Made by a program: the position numbers and the translations under genes. Under the pieces are notes generated by a model, which saw nothing but the letters and a program-made list of their open reading frames with translations, was not told the DNA's origin and searched no databases. Shown here in pieces: positions 1-19,121 of a stretch of 64,000 bases of DNA. Source of the stretch: Macrostomum lignano (Eukaryota); the NCBI GenBank assembly GCA_002269645.1, contig NIVC01002045.1, positions 124,001-188,000 of the forward strand, written 5' to 3'. Positions within the stretch are counted from its first letter, which is position 1; each line of letters begins with the position of its first letter.

Positions 1-420
1 TCGGACACTCCTGACGCTCGATTTTGAGCCCTGACACTCGATTCGGAGCCTTGACACTCGATTCGGACCCCTGACACTCGATTCGGACCCCTGACACTCG
101 ATTCGGACCCCTGACACTCGATTCGGACACTCCTGACACTCGATTTTGAGCCCTGACACTCGATTCGGACACTCTTGACACTCGATTCGGACCCCTGACA
201 CTCGATTCGGACCCCTGACACTCGATTCGGACCCCTGACACTCGATTTGGAGCCCTGACACTCGATTTGGACCATTGACACTCGATTAGGACACTCTTGA
301 CACTCGATTCGGACCCCTGACACTCGATTCGGACCCCTGACACTCGATACGGAGCCCTGACACTCGATACGGAGCCCTGACACTCGATACTAGATTCGGA
401 GACCCGAAACTCGATTAAGA
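1..420. repeat. Minisatellite, ~20-bp unit CCTGACACTCGATTCGGAC(C), runs off the left edge
   Basis: Direct tandem copies with point variants, degenerating after ~420. Confidence 0.95.
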
Positions 421-953
421 GCCCTGACACCCTCCGCTTTATTTGACTCCCCGACACCCAATTTGACTCCCTTGACACCTAGTTTAACTCCCTAACCTGA
501 AACTCCTCCCTCTAAAGCATTAATAGCTACCCTCCAAATACCCTAACTAGAACCCCGTACAGAATCATCTCAGCAGTTGCCAGCAGGATTGCTCAATTGG
601 AGAAAGCGATATTCGAGGATACACCCTCAAGTGTTGAGAGTTCAGCTGCACCTCAGGCTCAGCCTCAGGTTGCACTGACCAGCTCAGGCAGCCGCGGGGC
701 GGTCACATTCCAGCGTATCTTATCAACCTTCAAGCGAAACCAGCAAGGCTCGGAGGTGCAGACAGGGGAAACGTATAAACTTGATCTACAGATAAGTTTA
801 GACTATCGAAAAAACACTGCACCTACTACACTATAAAATGGCTGACTGCCTATTGAGTTTTCGCTAGCAGACAAACGTAGTTTCTTAGCATAATTGATTT
901 CTGTTTGAATTTTTACGCTGCAATCAGGCTATCCGATTTTCGAGTTGTAACCA

Positions 954-1624
954 ATGGCAACCAGCTGTTTCTTCGGTTCTTGCAACTGTTGGCAGTGCCG
1001 CCGGTGCTATGGCAGCAATGGGGTTGTCGGCAACACGGGCGGCTGGGCTCCCAGCGGCTGCCAGACGGCGCCTCCGCCGATGTCCCTGTGGCCGCCGCCG
1101 CCGCCACCCCAGCCGCCCGCGCTGGCGCCGCCGAATCCTCAGCCCCGAAGGCGAAAGAGAAACCACGTGCCCCGGCCGATGAACCCTTTCATGGTGTGGG
1201 CCAAGGTTGAGCGCAAGCGGATGTCCAGGGCGCACCCGGATGTGCACAATGTGCAGTTGAGCCGGCTGCTCGGTGAGCTTACAATTACATCCACCCGTGT
1301 GAAGAGGGCCAGTCCCGAAGCCTCCGAGAGTGTACATGCCTGATGATGATGATGAGAAAGTCTGGGTCGCTGTACACCCCGTGTGAGCGTGTGCCTGCGC
1401 ACGTATCCGTGTGTGCGCTCTGAAGTCAGCGAAATGAGCATGACTGCTTGAGTTCCACTTTCAAGTAAACTAGCTAACTAACTGGACTCTGTCCGTCTTC
1501 AGGTGACAGATGGAGGTCGATGCCCTACCAGGAGAAGCTGCCCTACATCCTGGAGGCCGACCGGCTCAAGCAGCAGCACCTGCTGGACCATCCGGGCTAC
1601 AAGTACCAGCCGAGGCGGAGGCGG

Positions 1625-1658
<34 letters not shown>

Positions 1659-1957
1659 GCCAGGAGCTCATGAGCTGCCTCCATCCAGATCCTCGATGCA
1701 GCTGCCCCAGTTGCTGCTTATCACATCCAAACTCGGACAATCCAGCGGAGAACAAACACCAGCTCCACCACCAGCTGCAGCACCAGCTCCAATACCAGTC
1801 TCAGTCCCAGCTGATGGCCATCAGTGACAGCGCCAGCACGAGCCGCAGCATCAGCAGCGTCAGCAGCGTCAGCAGCAGCAGCAGCGAATTCGACTGCTTC
1901 GATGCGCAGTCATTCGCTGAATTTCTGGGAGGCCTGGACGTTACGCAGCTCTTATAG
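954..1957 (+). CDS. SoxF: Sox HMG-box transcription factor, SoxF-like (2 exons: 954-1272, 1503-1957)
   Basis: Spliced HMG box HVPRPMNPFMVWAKVERKRMSRAHPDVHNVQLSRLLG|DRWRSMPYQEKLPYILEADRLKQQHLLDHPGYKYQPRRRRK. GT at 1273 and AG at 1501-1502 give a phase-1 intron at the LG position typical of SoxF, and WAK-ERKR is SoxF-like. A poly-Q (CAG)10 tract follows. The start codon is uncertain. Confidence 0.85.
1290..1400 (+). mobile_element. 3' fragment of a dispersed SINE-like repeat, in the Sox intron
   Basis: GAGAGTGTACATGCCTGATGAT...GCTGTACACCCC.GTGTGAG is shared with 16535-16625 and, inverted, with 16331-16394. Confidence 0.7.
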
Positions 1958-3184
1958 AGTCGGATCTTTGAGCTTTTTGTTGAGAACTGATAAGAGAAAA
2001 GCTGACAGCCTCTTGCCAATTAACGCAGAGAAAATTGGAAAGTTTAAAGTTTGTAAAAGTTGGTCAGGTACAAGTGAGTTTAGCGAAGTGTCAATGAGTT
2101 GCATGTTGCATGCACTGAATCCAGTCTCCGATGAAGCCTAGAAAGTGTCCGGCAGTCAGGCTCCGTTTTCGCATAGCAACAGTCAGCTAATTTTATCAGT
2201 GGACTGCACTCAGCTACCCTAATCCTGTAGATCAGGTGACCCTGTTTACCCGTTAATAAGAAAGATTTTAAATGTACGTCTTCCTTGTTTTGAAATTTTT
2301 GAGCACCCCCAAGCAGCTGTCAATCTGTTGAAACCTCTTATTAAAAGGACGTCATGAACTTTTTGTACAATTGATTCTTCATCAAGTTTCACTTCCGATT
2401 CGACAAATAAAATAAACTGATGATAAAAACGCGAGTTTTGCAAGCGCGCCAAGTTAATTCCCTGCAATTAGCAGGGCTCATCCATCATTTAATTGCACAG
2501 GCATCAGGAAGGCCCAATTGCAATAAGAATTTGTGGCTTCACTAAATAAGAAAGCTTTGAGATCGGCCTGAGAACAGTGCCAAGACCAGCTCAACCCTCG
2601 ATCCCCCCAGGCCAATGCAAAGCTGCATGGTTTCTGTTATGCAAACAAAGGAGCCTCTCCGAAGCCCGCGAGCGGTGCCGCCCCACGAGCGGTCTCTGCT
2701 GCTAGACTGCTGCAATCTGGCTGAGGGCGGGGGTGGCGATCGGCCTTCCCAAGGTGCGAATTGCCTCTGGAGCATATCAGTCTATCAGCGAGGGGTCGCC
2801 TCCACCCCCTTTCCACTCGGACAGGTGCTCGGGGTCAATTACCGATAGTAAATAAAACTATTTTAACGCGGTGTAAAAACATGCAGGTGCCCAGCCCGAG
2901 CCGAGAACTCTCAACATGAATCAAAAAAATCTCAAGGGGTCAATATGGGCCTAGCAAAATATTAAACTGTTATAAAATCCTCTGACTGACAGGTGCTGAT
3001 AAAATCTGGAGCTCCAAAGTTAATTAAATTGATATTTAATGCGTGGCAGAGTTGCCAAAACCAGATTTGCTCACGTGGCTGACCACTTAGTTGACCTTTT
3101 ATGTACCCCTGAATGCACTGCAGTCAGAATGGAAATTGCCCGTGCATTACAATATTTAGAACCAGAATGGGATACTCAAGAATG

Positions 3185-4350
3185 CTCAGAGCTGACATTT
3201 TCATTCATGCTCAAAGCTGACATTGTCCTACATGCTTAAAGCTGACATTGTCATACATTCTCAGAGCTGACATTGTCCTACATGCTCAAAGCTGACATTG
3301 TCCTACATGCTCAAAGCTGACATTGTCCTACATGCTCAAAGCTGACATTGTCCTACATGCTCAAAGCTGACATTGTCATACATTCTCAGAGCTGACATTG
3401 TCATACATGCTCAAAGCTGACATTGTCCTACATGCTCAAAGCTGACATTGTCATACATTCTCAGAGCTGACATTGTCATACATTCTCAAAGCTGACATTG
3501 TCATACATTCTCAAAGCTGACATTGTCCTACATGCTCAAAGCTGACATTGTCCTACATGCTCAAAGCTGACATTGTCCTACATGCTCAAAGCTGACATTG
3601 TCATACATTCTCAGAGCTGACATTGTCATACATTCTCAGAGCTGACATTGTCCTACATGCTCAAAGCTGACATTGTCCTACATGCTCAAAGCTGACATTG
3701 TCCTACATGCTCAAAGCTGACATTGTCATACATTCTCAGAGCTGACATTGTCATACATGCTCAAAGCTGACATTGTCCTACATGCTCAAAGCTGACATTG
3801 TCATGCATGCTCAAAGCTGACATTGTCATACATTCTCAGAGCTGACATTGTCATACATTCTCAGAGCTGACATTGTCATACATGCTCAATGCTAACATTG
3901 TCATACATTCTCAGAGCTGACATTGTCATGCATGCTCAAAGCTGACATTGTCCTACATGCTCAAAGCTGACATTGTCCTACATGCTCAAAGCTGACATTG
4001 TCCTACATGCTCAAAGCTGACATTGTCCTACATGCTCAAAGCTGACATTGTCATACATTCTCAGAGCTGACATTGTCATACATGCTCAAAGCTGACATTG
4101 TCCTACATGCTCAAAGCTGACATTGTCATGCATGCTCAAAGCTGACATTGTCATACATTCTCAGAGCTGACATTGTCATACATTCTCAGAGCTGACATTG
4201 TCATACATGCTCAAAGCTAACATTGTCATACATTCTCAGAGCTGACATTGTCATGCATGCTCAAAGCTGACATTGTCCTACATGCTCAAAGCTGACATTG
4301 CCATACATGCTCAGAGCTGACATTGTCCTACATTCTCAGAGCTGACATTT
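3185..4350. repeat. Minisatellite, 25-bp unit GCTGACATTGTC(C/A)TACAT(G/T)CTCA(A/G)A, intergenic
   Basis: About 46 tandem copies read directly. Confidence 0.97.
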
Positions 4351-4965
4351 TCCCTAAAGCTTGCCGTTTTGCACAGCCAGTCAGCGGACTGCAGTTTCTG
4401 CTACGAGTAGAAAGTTAAAATGCAGCCAAAGTTGCACGGAGGAAGCCCCCATTGTCTCCCCGCTCTCCTCGCTCTTAAGCAAAAATTTACACAAGCGGCA
4501 TTCAGCAGAGCTTAACAATCAGCTATTCTAGGGATAAAAATCCTCAGAGCTCCGTGCAGTTTCCTCTCCAATTCAGAAGCCATTGCAACTTCCGTAGCCA
4601 GGCTGCTGCTGCTGCTGCTGCCTTCTCGCAACAAATTTCTTTGAGTTTCTTCAACGGGCCTCCTGAGTGCAGTGTTCAGTCCGCCGCAGTGTACCCGCGG
4701 CTTCATTCACCTGCTCCATTTCTCCCCTCCGCTGGGCGCCCCCGCCCGCACTCCCATTGTGTCAGTCAATCAATCAATCCTGACCCCACTGCAGAAAGTG
4801 GCGGAGGGGGGCAGCGTCGCCACCGCTGCCCAGAATCTGGCCAGGGCTTGAAGCGGTGGCTGTACTTAACCTCCGCCACTTTCACTCATTAGCGGCTGAG
4901 CATAGCACTTTTCCCTACTCATAACAGCCTTACTGGGAACTTCGTAGCGCAACGCACGCGGGAGA

Positions 4966-9401
<4,436 letters not shown>

Positions 9402-9619
9402 GCATCGGGACATTGCCTGGAGCAACTGAAGGATGCAGTTTATTAACAGATCCAGGATTCTCAAGTAGAGCTGCTCATTAATATATGTATGTAGCAATAC
9501 AAAATACTTTCAATAAAACAGATTGAAATCAATGTATGCATATACAGTTATCAATGTATGGTCTGCACATGTGCAAACCTCCATTCATGTAACCGTGTTG
9601 AAGTAACTGAAGGAAGTCA

Positions 9620-9990
9620 CATCCCAGGCTTCTGTTCACAATCACAGCCTGAAGGTACTCACACCTCAGGCTTCCGTTCACAATCACAACCTGAAGGTTA
9701 CCCTCACCACGGGCTTCTGTTCACAATCACAACCTGAAGGTTACCCTCACCACGGGCTTCTGTTCACAATCACAACCTGAAGGTTACCCTCACCACGGGC
9801 TTCTGTTCACAATCACAACCTGAAGGTTACCCTCACCACGGGCTTCTGTTCACAATCACAACCTGAAGGTTACCCTCACCACGGGCTTCTGTTCACAATC
9901 ACAACCTGAAGGTTACCCTCACCACAGGCTTCTGTTCAAAATCACAACCTGAAGGTTACTACTCTCATCACAGGCTTTCGTTCACAACAT
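9620..9990. repeat. 43-bp tandem repeat GGTTACCCTCACCACGGGCTTCTGTTCACAATCACAACCTGAA between two convergent genes
   Basis: About 8 copies. Confidence 0.95.
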
Positions 9991-10667
9991 TTCCTGTTAA
10001 AAAAAGCAGTAACTCAAAGCGGCAGAGCAGACTGATATCGACGGTCACAGAGATTTTAGTTTCAATTTCAACTTTGTTGTTGGGCTGTTATTCTTCGAAA
10101 CTTTTTAAGAGAATCGACCGGTTCTAGCGAAGAGGGAACTCGGTTTATTTGTGTTACTAATAGTAGTATTGGGAGCTGATCAAACTATGTATCAGAATTG
10201 GAAAGGCCGCAGCCGCACAAAACCAGCGTGTTGTTGAAGCGGGCAGTGAAACACAAGAAAAATACAGGACTGTGAAGTACATAGGGACTACCGAGGGAAT
10301 TTCAAACTAAGATGATGAAGATTAGGAGACTGCGCCTAAGACTAACCTCAACAAAACAGGGTTAAATAACAATTGAGATAGCGTTCCTATTTGCTCAATA
10401 AGATATTGAAATTTTTTAGAAACTACAAACAGTGTAATTCTGAACTTACTCGCGAAGTGTCTACTTATTATTGTAAGTAGTCACTATAGTAATTTTAATA
10501 TTAATAATAAATAGTTTTAATATGCTACCAATGAAATTGAAGATAGATATTTATCCGTACAAACTAAAAAAGTCCCAGCAAAGGCCCAGCACAGCTCAGT
10601 CAGTCTGCACTCAGTCAGTCAGGTCTCAGTCAAGCCTCTCAAAGCCGGTCTCAACCGGACGTCTAAT

Positions 10668-13265
<2,598 letters not shown>

Positions 13266-13320
13266 TGTTGCGGCTTTGAGAGAAGTGAAGCTAAAGAGCT
13301 GCGGGATGGCCGGCATTGGG

Positions 13321-13366
13321 GTCACGTGACGCTTGCGCTCGAGTGCAGGTAAACATGGATTGGCTG
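13321..13366 (-). promoter_or_regulatory. Candidate ATP5F1A core promoter: palindromic E-box GTCACGTGAC plus CCAAT box
   Basis: GTCACGTGAC at 13321-13330 and CAGCCAATC on the minus strand at 13358-13366, 56-101 bp upstream of the ATG. Confidence 0.55.
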
Positions 13367-13391
13367 GGCCTTTCATCTGTCTACCTGATCG

Positions 13392-13582
13392 TGTGTACCT
13401 ATGAGTGTCTGTGTGTACCTATGACAGTGCCTGTGTGTACCTATGACAGTGCCTGTGTGTACCTATGACAGTGCCTGTGTGTACCTATGACAGTGCCTGT
13501 GTGTACCTATGACAGTGCCTGTGTGTACCTATGACAGTGCCTGTGTGTACCTATGACAGTGCCTGTGTGTACCTATGACAGA
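13392..13582. repeat. 22-bp tandem repeat GTGTACCTATGACAGTGCCTGT between OXA1L and ATP5F1A
   Basis: About 8 copies. Confidence 0.95.
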
Positions 13583-14001
13583 GCTCATGTCTATTTCTAA
13601 AAGGCCTCTATTTCGCCATACTTCTAGATCCTGTTGCTAGAAAAATGAACAAAGAAAAGAAGCATAAAAGTCAACAAACTTAGATCTGTGCAGCGCAATT
13701 CAAAATGTATTTCGCGACAACACGCGAGAGCAACACCTTAATGAATTAATAAATAACTTTCTCGCATAACAGGTGCTACAAAACTAGCTAACAGTGTTGC
13801 ACAGCTTGCAAGAAGACAAAATTATGAAAGCGGAGTAAAAATGCGACTTTAGAACAGACAATCCTAGTGTTTTAAGCTAATTGAAACTGAATTTATGACA
13901 GCATAGAAGTCAGGCCTGACAGCTTCAGATGAGTACGAGACACGAAATATTGATTTATGATTTGTGCCGTTTTTACTTATAAATTAACAGCTATTGTGGC
14001 C

Positions 14002-17000
14002 TCAGATGATCCTGCCACTCTGTCTGAGAGGCTGCTGCTGCTGCTGCGGCTGCTTCCGCCGAATCCGGTAAGTCTTGGGCACCTGAGCATCCCCGGTCTG
14101 GTCGGGCATCCTGGTGGCCTGGTACTCGCGATTCTCAATAGCCGGCATAATCTGATTGCGGATCCGATCGATGGAGCTGCCAGTCTCCAGGCTGGGTGGC
14201 GGTAGGTCCTCAACGCGGGGCAGGCCGATTCTGGACTTCCAGAACGCTTTGGCCGCCTCTGTCCGGTTGATGAGGTGCAGCAGCTGGGCGGTGGCGCCGG
14301 TGGCAAAGAAATAAAACAGATTGGCGCCCGGGAAATTCACCATACAGGTGAACACGAAGGCTGGCAGCAAGGTGTAGGCCAGCGGCTTCACCATGGACAT
14401 CTGGGAAGGAGGGTTGGTCGGTGGGGGTGGTGTTAGAGGCGAATCTAAATGTCCTGGAAGTCTGGTGCGAAAGGATCTCAAATAATTTAAGGTTAAGCGT
14501 CAGAAATGGCAGCTTTGGCCATAGACAAAACACAGCTGATTAATCTTCTCTACCTATAAAAATCAAAACTCTGTCTGTCTGTCTGTCTGTCTGTGGACAA
14601 ATTACTTCGCTATGGACTCCCAAACCGCTCAACCAAATTACACCAAACTTTACACCCACCCTAAACTTACTACGGAGAATGTCTTAGGTTACCTTAAAAT
14701 TTCCTAAATTTGAGTCTTCCTACCTAAAAGTACAAAAAACTGCTCAAAATGCGCGATTTTTTCACTAAATCCTCCATAGCGCCGCTTCACTTCTACCGAT
14801 TCTCTTCAAATTTGACACAGGCAATTTTCAACTATTTTGACACAATCGTGTAAAATTTCGAATCTCAAAGTTAATCCTGAGCGGTGCTGTGCACTTTTAA
14901 AGTTAGGCTGTTTTTTCAGCGAGACAGCCACCCCAACCTCCGCCCGCCTGCCTTTCTTTCTTTCTTGGATGAGGAAGATGGCAATCGATAAGACTAGCAT
15001 AGTTGTCTGTGGTACAAAAAGCGATACGATGCAATCCTGATTCCTGAATTAGTCACACAAAATAGAATTTGTAACACTAAGTCCTATTTAAAGGCACTTT
15101 AAAATTCAAATGCCCCAAAGAAAAGCGCATTGGGTCGTTTCACTGCTGCAGCTAGACGATGGAGATCTACAAGGCAAAGCAATGCGGCTGAAGCAGGAAC
15201 ATCACATAGCACAGAGGAAGCAGACAACACAGGTAGCTCTGCCCAGGCCAGATCGAGTGCAAGTGCTTTAGGAGAACAAGCCCAGAAAAGAAGCCTTCGA
15301 CCACCGACAAGATCATCGACATCAGCAGCCGGCGCCAGCACTTCCGATGGAACTGGAAGTACACAGGTTCCTCTCAGGGCTGCAAATTGGGAAGAAAGAC
15401 GACGTGAACAAAAAAGACAGCAAACAGCCGAGGCACGACGCAATGAAACGACTGTTCAGACTCAGCAACGACAGGAACGGGACAGAGATCAGACCGCAGA
15501 GGCACGACGCAATGAAACGACTGTCCAGACTCAGCAACGACGGGAACGGGACAGAGATCAGACCGCAGAGGCACGACGCAATGAAACGACTGTCCAGACT
15601 CAGCAACGACGGGAACGGGACAGAGATCAGACCGCAGAGGCACGACGCAATGAAACGACTGTCCAGACTCAGCAACGACGGGAACGGGACAGAGATCAGA
15701 CCGCAGAGGCACGACGCAATGAAACGACGGGTGAAGCTGGAGTGCGCCGTGAAGACGATCGAAGACGCCACAGAGAACGCGCTGCGGCCTATCGATTTAT
15801 TGAGCAAGACGTTGCCCATGACGAATCTGAGCAAGCAATTGGACCACCTCCTTGGGCCCTAAGCTTTGCTCTAAATTATGATCCTACTTTTGTTTATAGC
15901 AGCCACCCAAAGCTTGCTATCGAAAGAATGTCGAAGAAATGTCAGCATTGCAATGCGTTGAGGTGGGCAAATGAGACACCTGGCATGTGTTGTAGCAATG
16001 GAAAAGTCAGACTCACTCCTCTGAATGAGAATCTAGAAATATACTTTTTAATACACATTTATACCAAGTTTCGTTCACACCTCTATCCAACTATTAACAA
16101 GTTTTGAGTATGACTTTGGATTTTAAAATACATGCAAAAATGGTTCCGGGGATTTGAATTCCCCAGGTTCAAAATCCGCGGGTTTCAACAGCTTGTGTCT
16201 ATATAAACCATGCCAGATGCCTAAATAAAAGTACATAGTGTCAGTCGATAAGGGAAAGGCCCATGCAGTCCTGTGGTAGCTGCAATTTAGTCGCTCAGAC
16301 TTAGCCGCAAATTAGGGACAGTCAATCCCCAAGCACACGCTCACACAGGGTGTACAGGGCCCTGAAGTTCTCATCGACAAGCAGTGTACACTCTTGGATT
16401 AATTAGGGTAGAGCAGCTTAGCAATAAACGCGTCTGGCTCGGCCCATGGTTCGATTCTGTGCGCGGCCACTTCCATTTGGGGCCTGTGTGCATGAAAATT
16501 GGACTCAGGGTTGTCGGGCGTCGGTCGATTCGCACCCATGAGGGCCAGCCCCCAAGGCGCACAGAGAGTGTACATGCCTGATGATTAGAATGTCAGGGCC
16601 GCTGTACACCCCTGTGTGAGTGCTCAGGAGCCAGCGGAATGGGTAGAACTCAAACTCACTTTCTGGTGAGTGCCAGACGGCTGAGCTGCGTAGAACAGGT
16701 GCACATTCAGCATCAGCAGGCCGGTGACGGTGGCAGGCAGCAGGAAGTACGGGTCTACGCAGGTGAGATCGGTCAGCCAGAGCACGCCGCCCTGTTGAAA
16801 GCTTTCCACAGGCAGGGCGGTGGCCATGTAGATGGCACGGATGCTGGCCAGCTGAACAAAGGTCAGGGTAAAGCAGAAGCTGCCCAACACCATCATGTTG
16901 CGGCGCATCAGTTTCCGCATTCCAGACGGCGCCAAGAACTGGGGGAACCGTTCGAATGCCTGGAGTACAACGAATGTGCAGATTAGAGGGGAACGCCGAG

Positions 17001-18510
17001 CTGCCCTACTGAGACCTCAGCTACTCTCCCTGTGCTTCAAGGACCTCAGCTACTCTCCCTGTGCTTCAGGGACCTCAGCTACTCTCCCTGTGCTTCAGGG
17101 ACCTCAGCTACTCTCCCTGTGCTTCAGGGACCTCAGCTACTCTCCCTGTGCTTCAGGGCCCTCAGCTACTCTCCTTGTGCTTCAGGGACCTCAGCTACTC
17201 TCCCTGTGCTTCAGGGCCCTCAGCTACTCTCCTTGTGCTTCAGGGACCTCAGCTACTCTCCCTGTGCTTCAGGGATCTCAGCTACTCTCCTTGTGCTTCA
17301 GGGACCTCAGCTACTCTCCTTGTGCTTCAGGGACCTCAGCTACTCGCCCTGTGCTTCAGGGACCTCAGCTACTCTCCCTGTGCTTCAGGGACCTCAGCTA
17401 CTCTCCCTGTGCTTCAGGGACCTCAGCTACTCTCCCTGTGCTTCAGGGATCTCAGCTACTCTCCTTGTGCTTCAGGACCTCAGCTACTCTCCCTGTGCTT
17501 CAGGGACCTCAGCTACTCTCCCTGTGCTTCAGGGACCTCAGCTACTCTCCCTGTGCTTCAGGGACCTCAGCCTGAATTAGAAAACTGAGCCTGAATTAGG
17601 GACCTCACAGGCAGTGCTAGTAACTGGGTATGAGGTATATAGGCAGGTACTCATATGCCTACTCACCTCCTGCTGCATCCGCATGCTAGCCTGCATATTG
17701 CCGGATCTCTCGTAGAATTTCTGCTGCTCCATAAACTTCTGTAAATTAACAAAACTGGGCATGTCAACCCGCATCATGCGCTGCAGGTACATATTGGGCA
17801 GCAGTAGCATGAGGCGAACGCCGATGCCCATCAGAACGGCGCACAGCCACCAAGGCATGTCCAAGGTGACGTGCAGAGTCTCTAGCCACTTCAGCTGCAG
17901 ACTGGACGGCCACAGGCCGGTGCCGAGGCCCAGACTGGCGAATGACGGCTCCGCCAGCGAGGAGGCGGCATCGGCGAGGGCGTCTGTTGAAGAGCCTTCG
18001 ACGAGCTCCTGGACAAAAGGCGTAAAGTGAATTGATTTTCGAAACCCCTGTCTGTTTATTGTGTACAGTCCTGGGTGCCCAGGGCATTGGGATTCTAAAT
18101 ATCCTCAAGACTGGGATCTAAAATCAGACTCCAATATTCACCTGGATGGCGGCGGGCGCATCCTCCACAAAGAAAGAAGAGCTGTCAGCTGACGGCGGGT
18201 TGGCAGCCGCGCCTTGTCGCAGTGCCTCGTCAGCTACCGGCGGTGCCGCCGACATCGGCGGGTCGGCAGCTTCGGGGCCGTCAATGAACCAGGCTCGCAG
18301 GTTGTCCACCGTGACAAAGCTGCGAGCGGTCGGCGTCAGCATAGCCGACTGTCTCGGATGCAGCTGGAGTAGCAGGGCGCGCTGCCGTTGCCATGGCAAC
18401 CCGGCCGCCTGAGACAGACACCGCCTGCACACAACAAAGGCTGTGGAGCGAGTGAGACTGCCGGCTGGCGGCCGTGTGGAGGCCGCGATTTTCAAAATGC
18501 GGCGATGCAT
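14002..18510 (-). CDS. OXA1L: Mitochondrial inner-membrane insertase OXA1L/YidC family (exons 18510-18142, 18008-17667, 16959-16660, 14400-14002)
   Basis: Motifs EPSFASLGLG..WP....WLETLHVTLDMPWW and ESFQQGGVLWLTDLTCVDPYFLLP. Arg-rich presequence. All introns are phase 0 with GT-AG. Confidence 0.9.
14544..16195 (+). mobile_element. Non-autonomous, internally deleted Helitron in OXA1L intron 3
   Basis: 5' end A|TCTTCTCTACCTATAAAAATC followed by (CTGT)n. 3' end CCGCGGGTTTCAACAGCTTG|T with a nearby GC hairpin. A|T target site. Contains the N-terminal part of a Helitron ORF. Confidence 0.8.
15130..16107 (+). pseudogene. Truncated Helitron Rep-helicase N-terminus with 69-bp (23-aa) repeats and Zn-finger-like motif
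   Basis: MSKKCQHCNALRWANETPGMCCSNGKVRL matches the Helitron C..C.AL...E....CC..GK motif. About 5 RRNETTVQTQQRRERDRDQTAEA repeats. No Rep or Pif1 domain follows. Confidence 0.85.
16331..16625 (+). mobile_element. tRNA-derived SINE-like element (~16400-16625) preceded by an inverted 3' fragment of the same family (16331-16394)
   Basis: B-box-like GGTTCGATTCT at ~16449-16459 and a weak A-box TAGAGCAGCTTAG. The 3' region is homologous to 1290-1400. Confidence 0.55.
17012..17572. repeat. 29-bp minisatellite CCTCAGCTACTCTCCCTGTGCTTCAGGGA in OXA1L intron 2
   Basis: About 19 copies. Confidence 0.97.
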
Positions 18511-18589
18511 GAATGAACGAGGAATCCAAGTTAATAGAGTGCATACTGGGCTGAGGCCCGCTACTGACAGTAGCTGACTGGGATAATTT

Positions 18590-18893
18590 TACTGGGATAA
18601 ACTGGCTCATTGTGCTGCTGCAGGTCCCATGGGATAAACTGGCTCATTGTGCTGCTGCAGGTCCCATGGGATAAACTGACTCATTGTGCTGCTGCAGGTC
18701 CCATGGGATAAACTGGCTCATTGTGCTGCTGCAGGTCCCATGGGATAAACTGGCTCATTGTGCTGCTGCAGGTCCCATGGGATAAACTGGCTCATTGTGC
18801 TGCTGCAGGTCCCATGGGATAAACTGGCTCATTGTGCTGCTGCTGCAGGTCCCATGGGATAAACTGGCTAATTGTGCTGCTGCTGCAGGTCCC
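18590..18893. repeat. 37-bp tandem repeat GCTGCTGCAGGTCCCATGGGATAAACTGGCTCATTGT between PEX1 and OXA1L
   Basis: About 8 copies, no spacers. Confidence 0.95.
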
Positions 18894-19121
18894 GCGTCTT
18901 ATGAGATGATAAACTTGCAGGTGGAACGGATATCTAGATAAAATGACACAAATGCCGTAGGATTTGAATCAATCAATCAAGAATTACTAAAAAATCCTTA
19001 ACTAGAACAAATATATTAAAACTCTTTTTACAGACTACTAATAAGAAATGGCGCATTAGTGCATGTTATCATCAGCGACAGCACTACTCATAGTAGCACA
19101 ATGTCAATCAAATTCAAGCAA

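Noticed and set aside
2640-2850. GC-rich structured-looking segment as an HDV-like ribozyme
   Set aside because: I could not assign the P1/P2/P3 nested pseudoknot.
18590-18893. 37-bp palindromic repeat resembling a CRISPR repeat
   Set aside because: No spacers, no cas genes, and a eukaryotic context.
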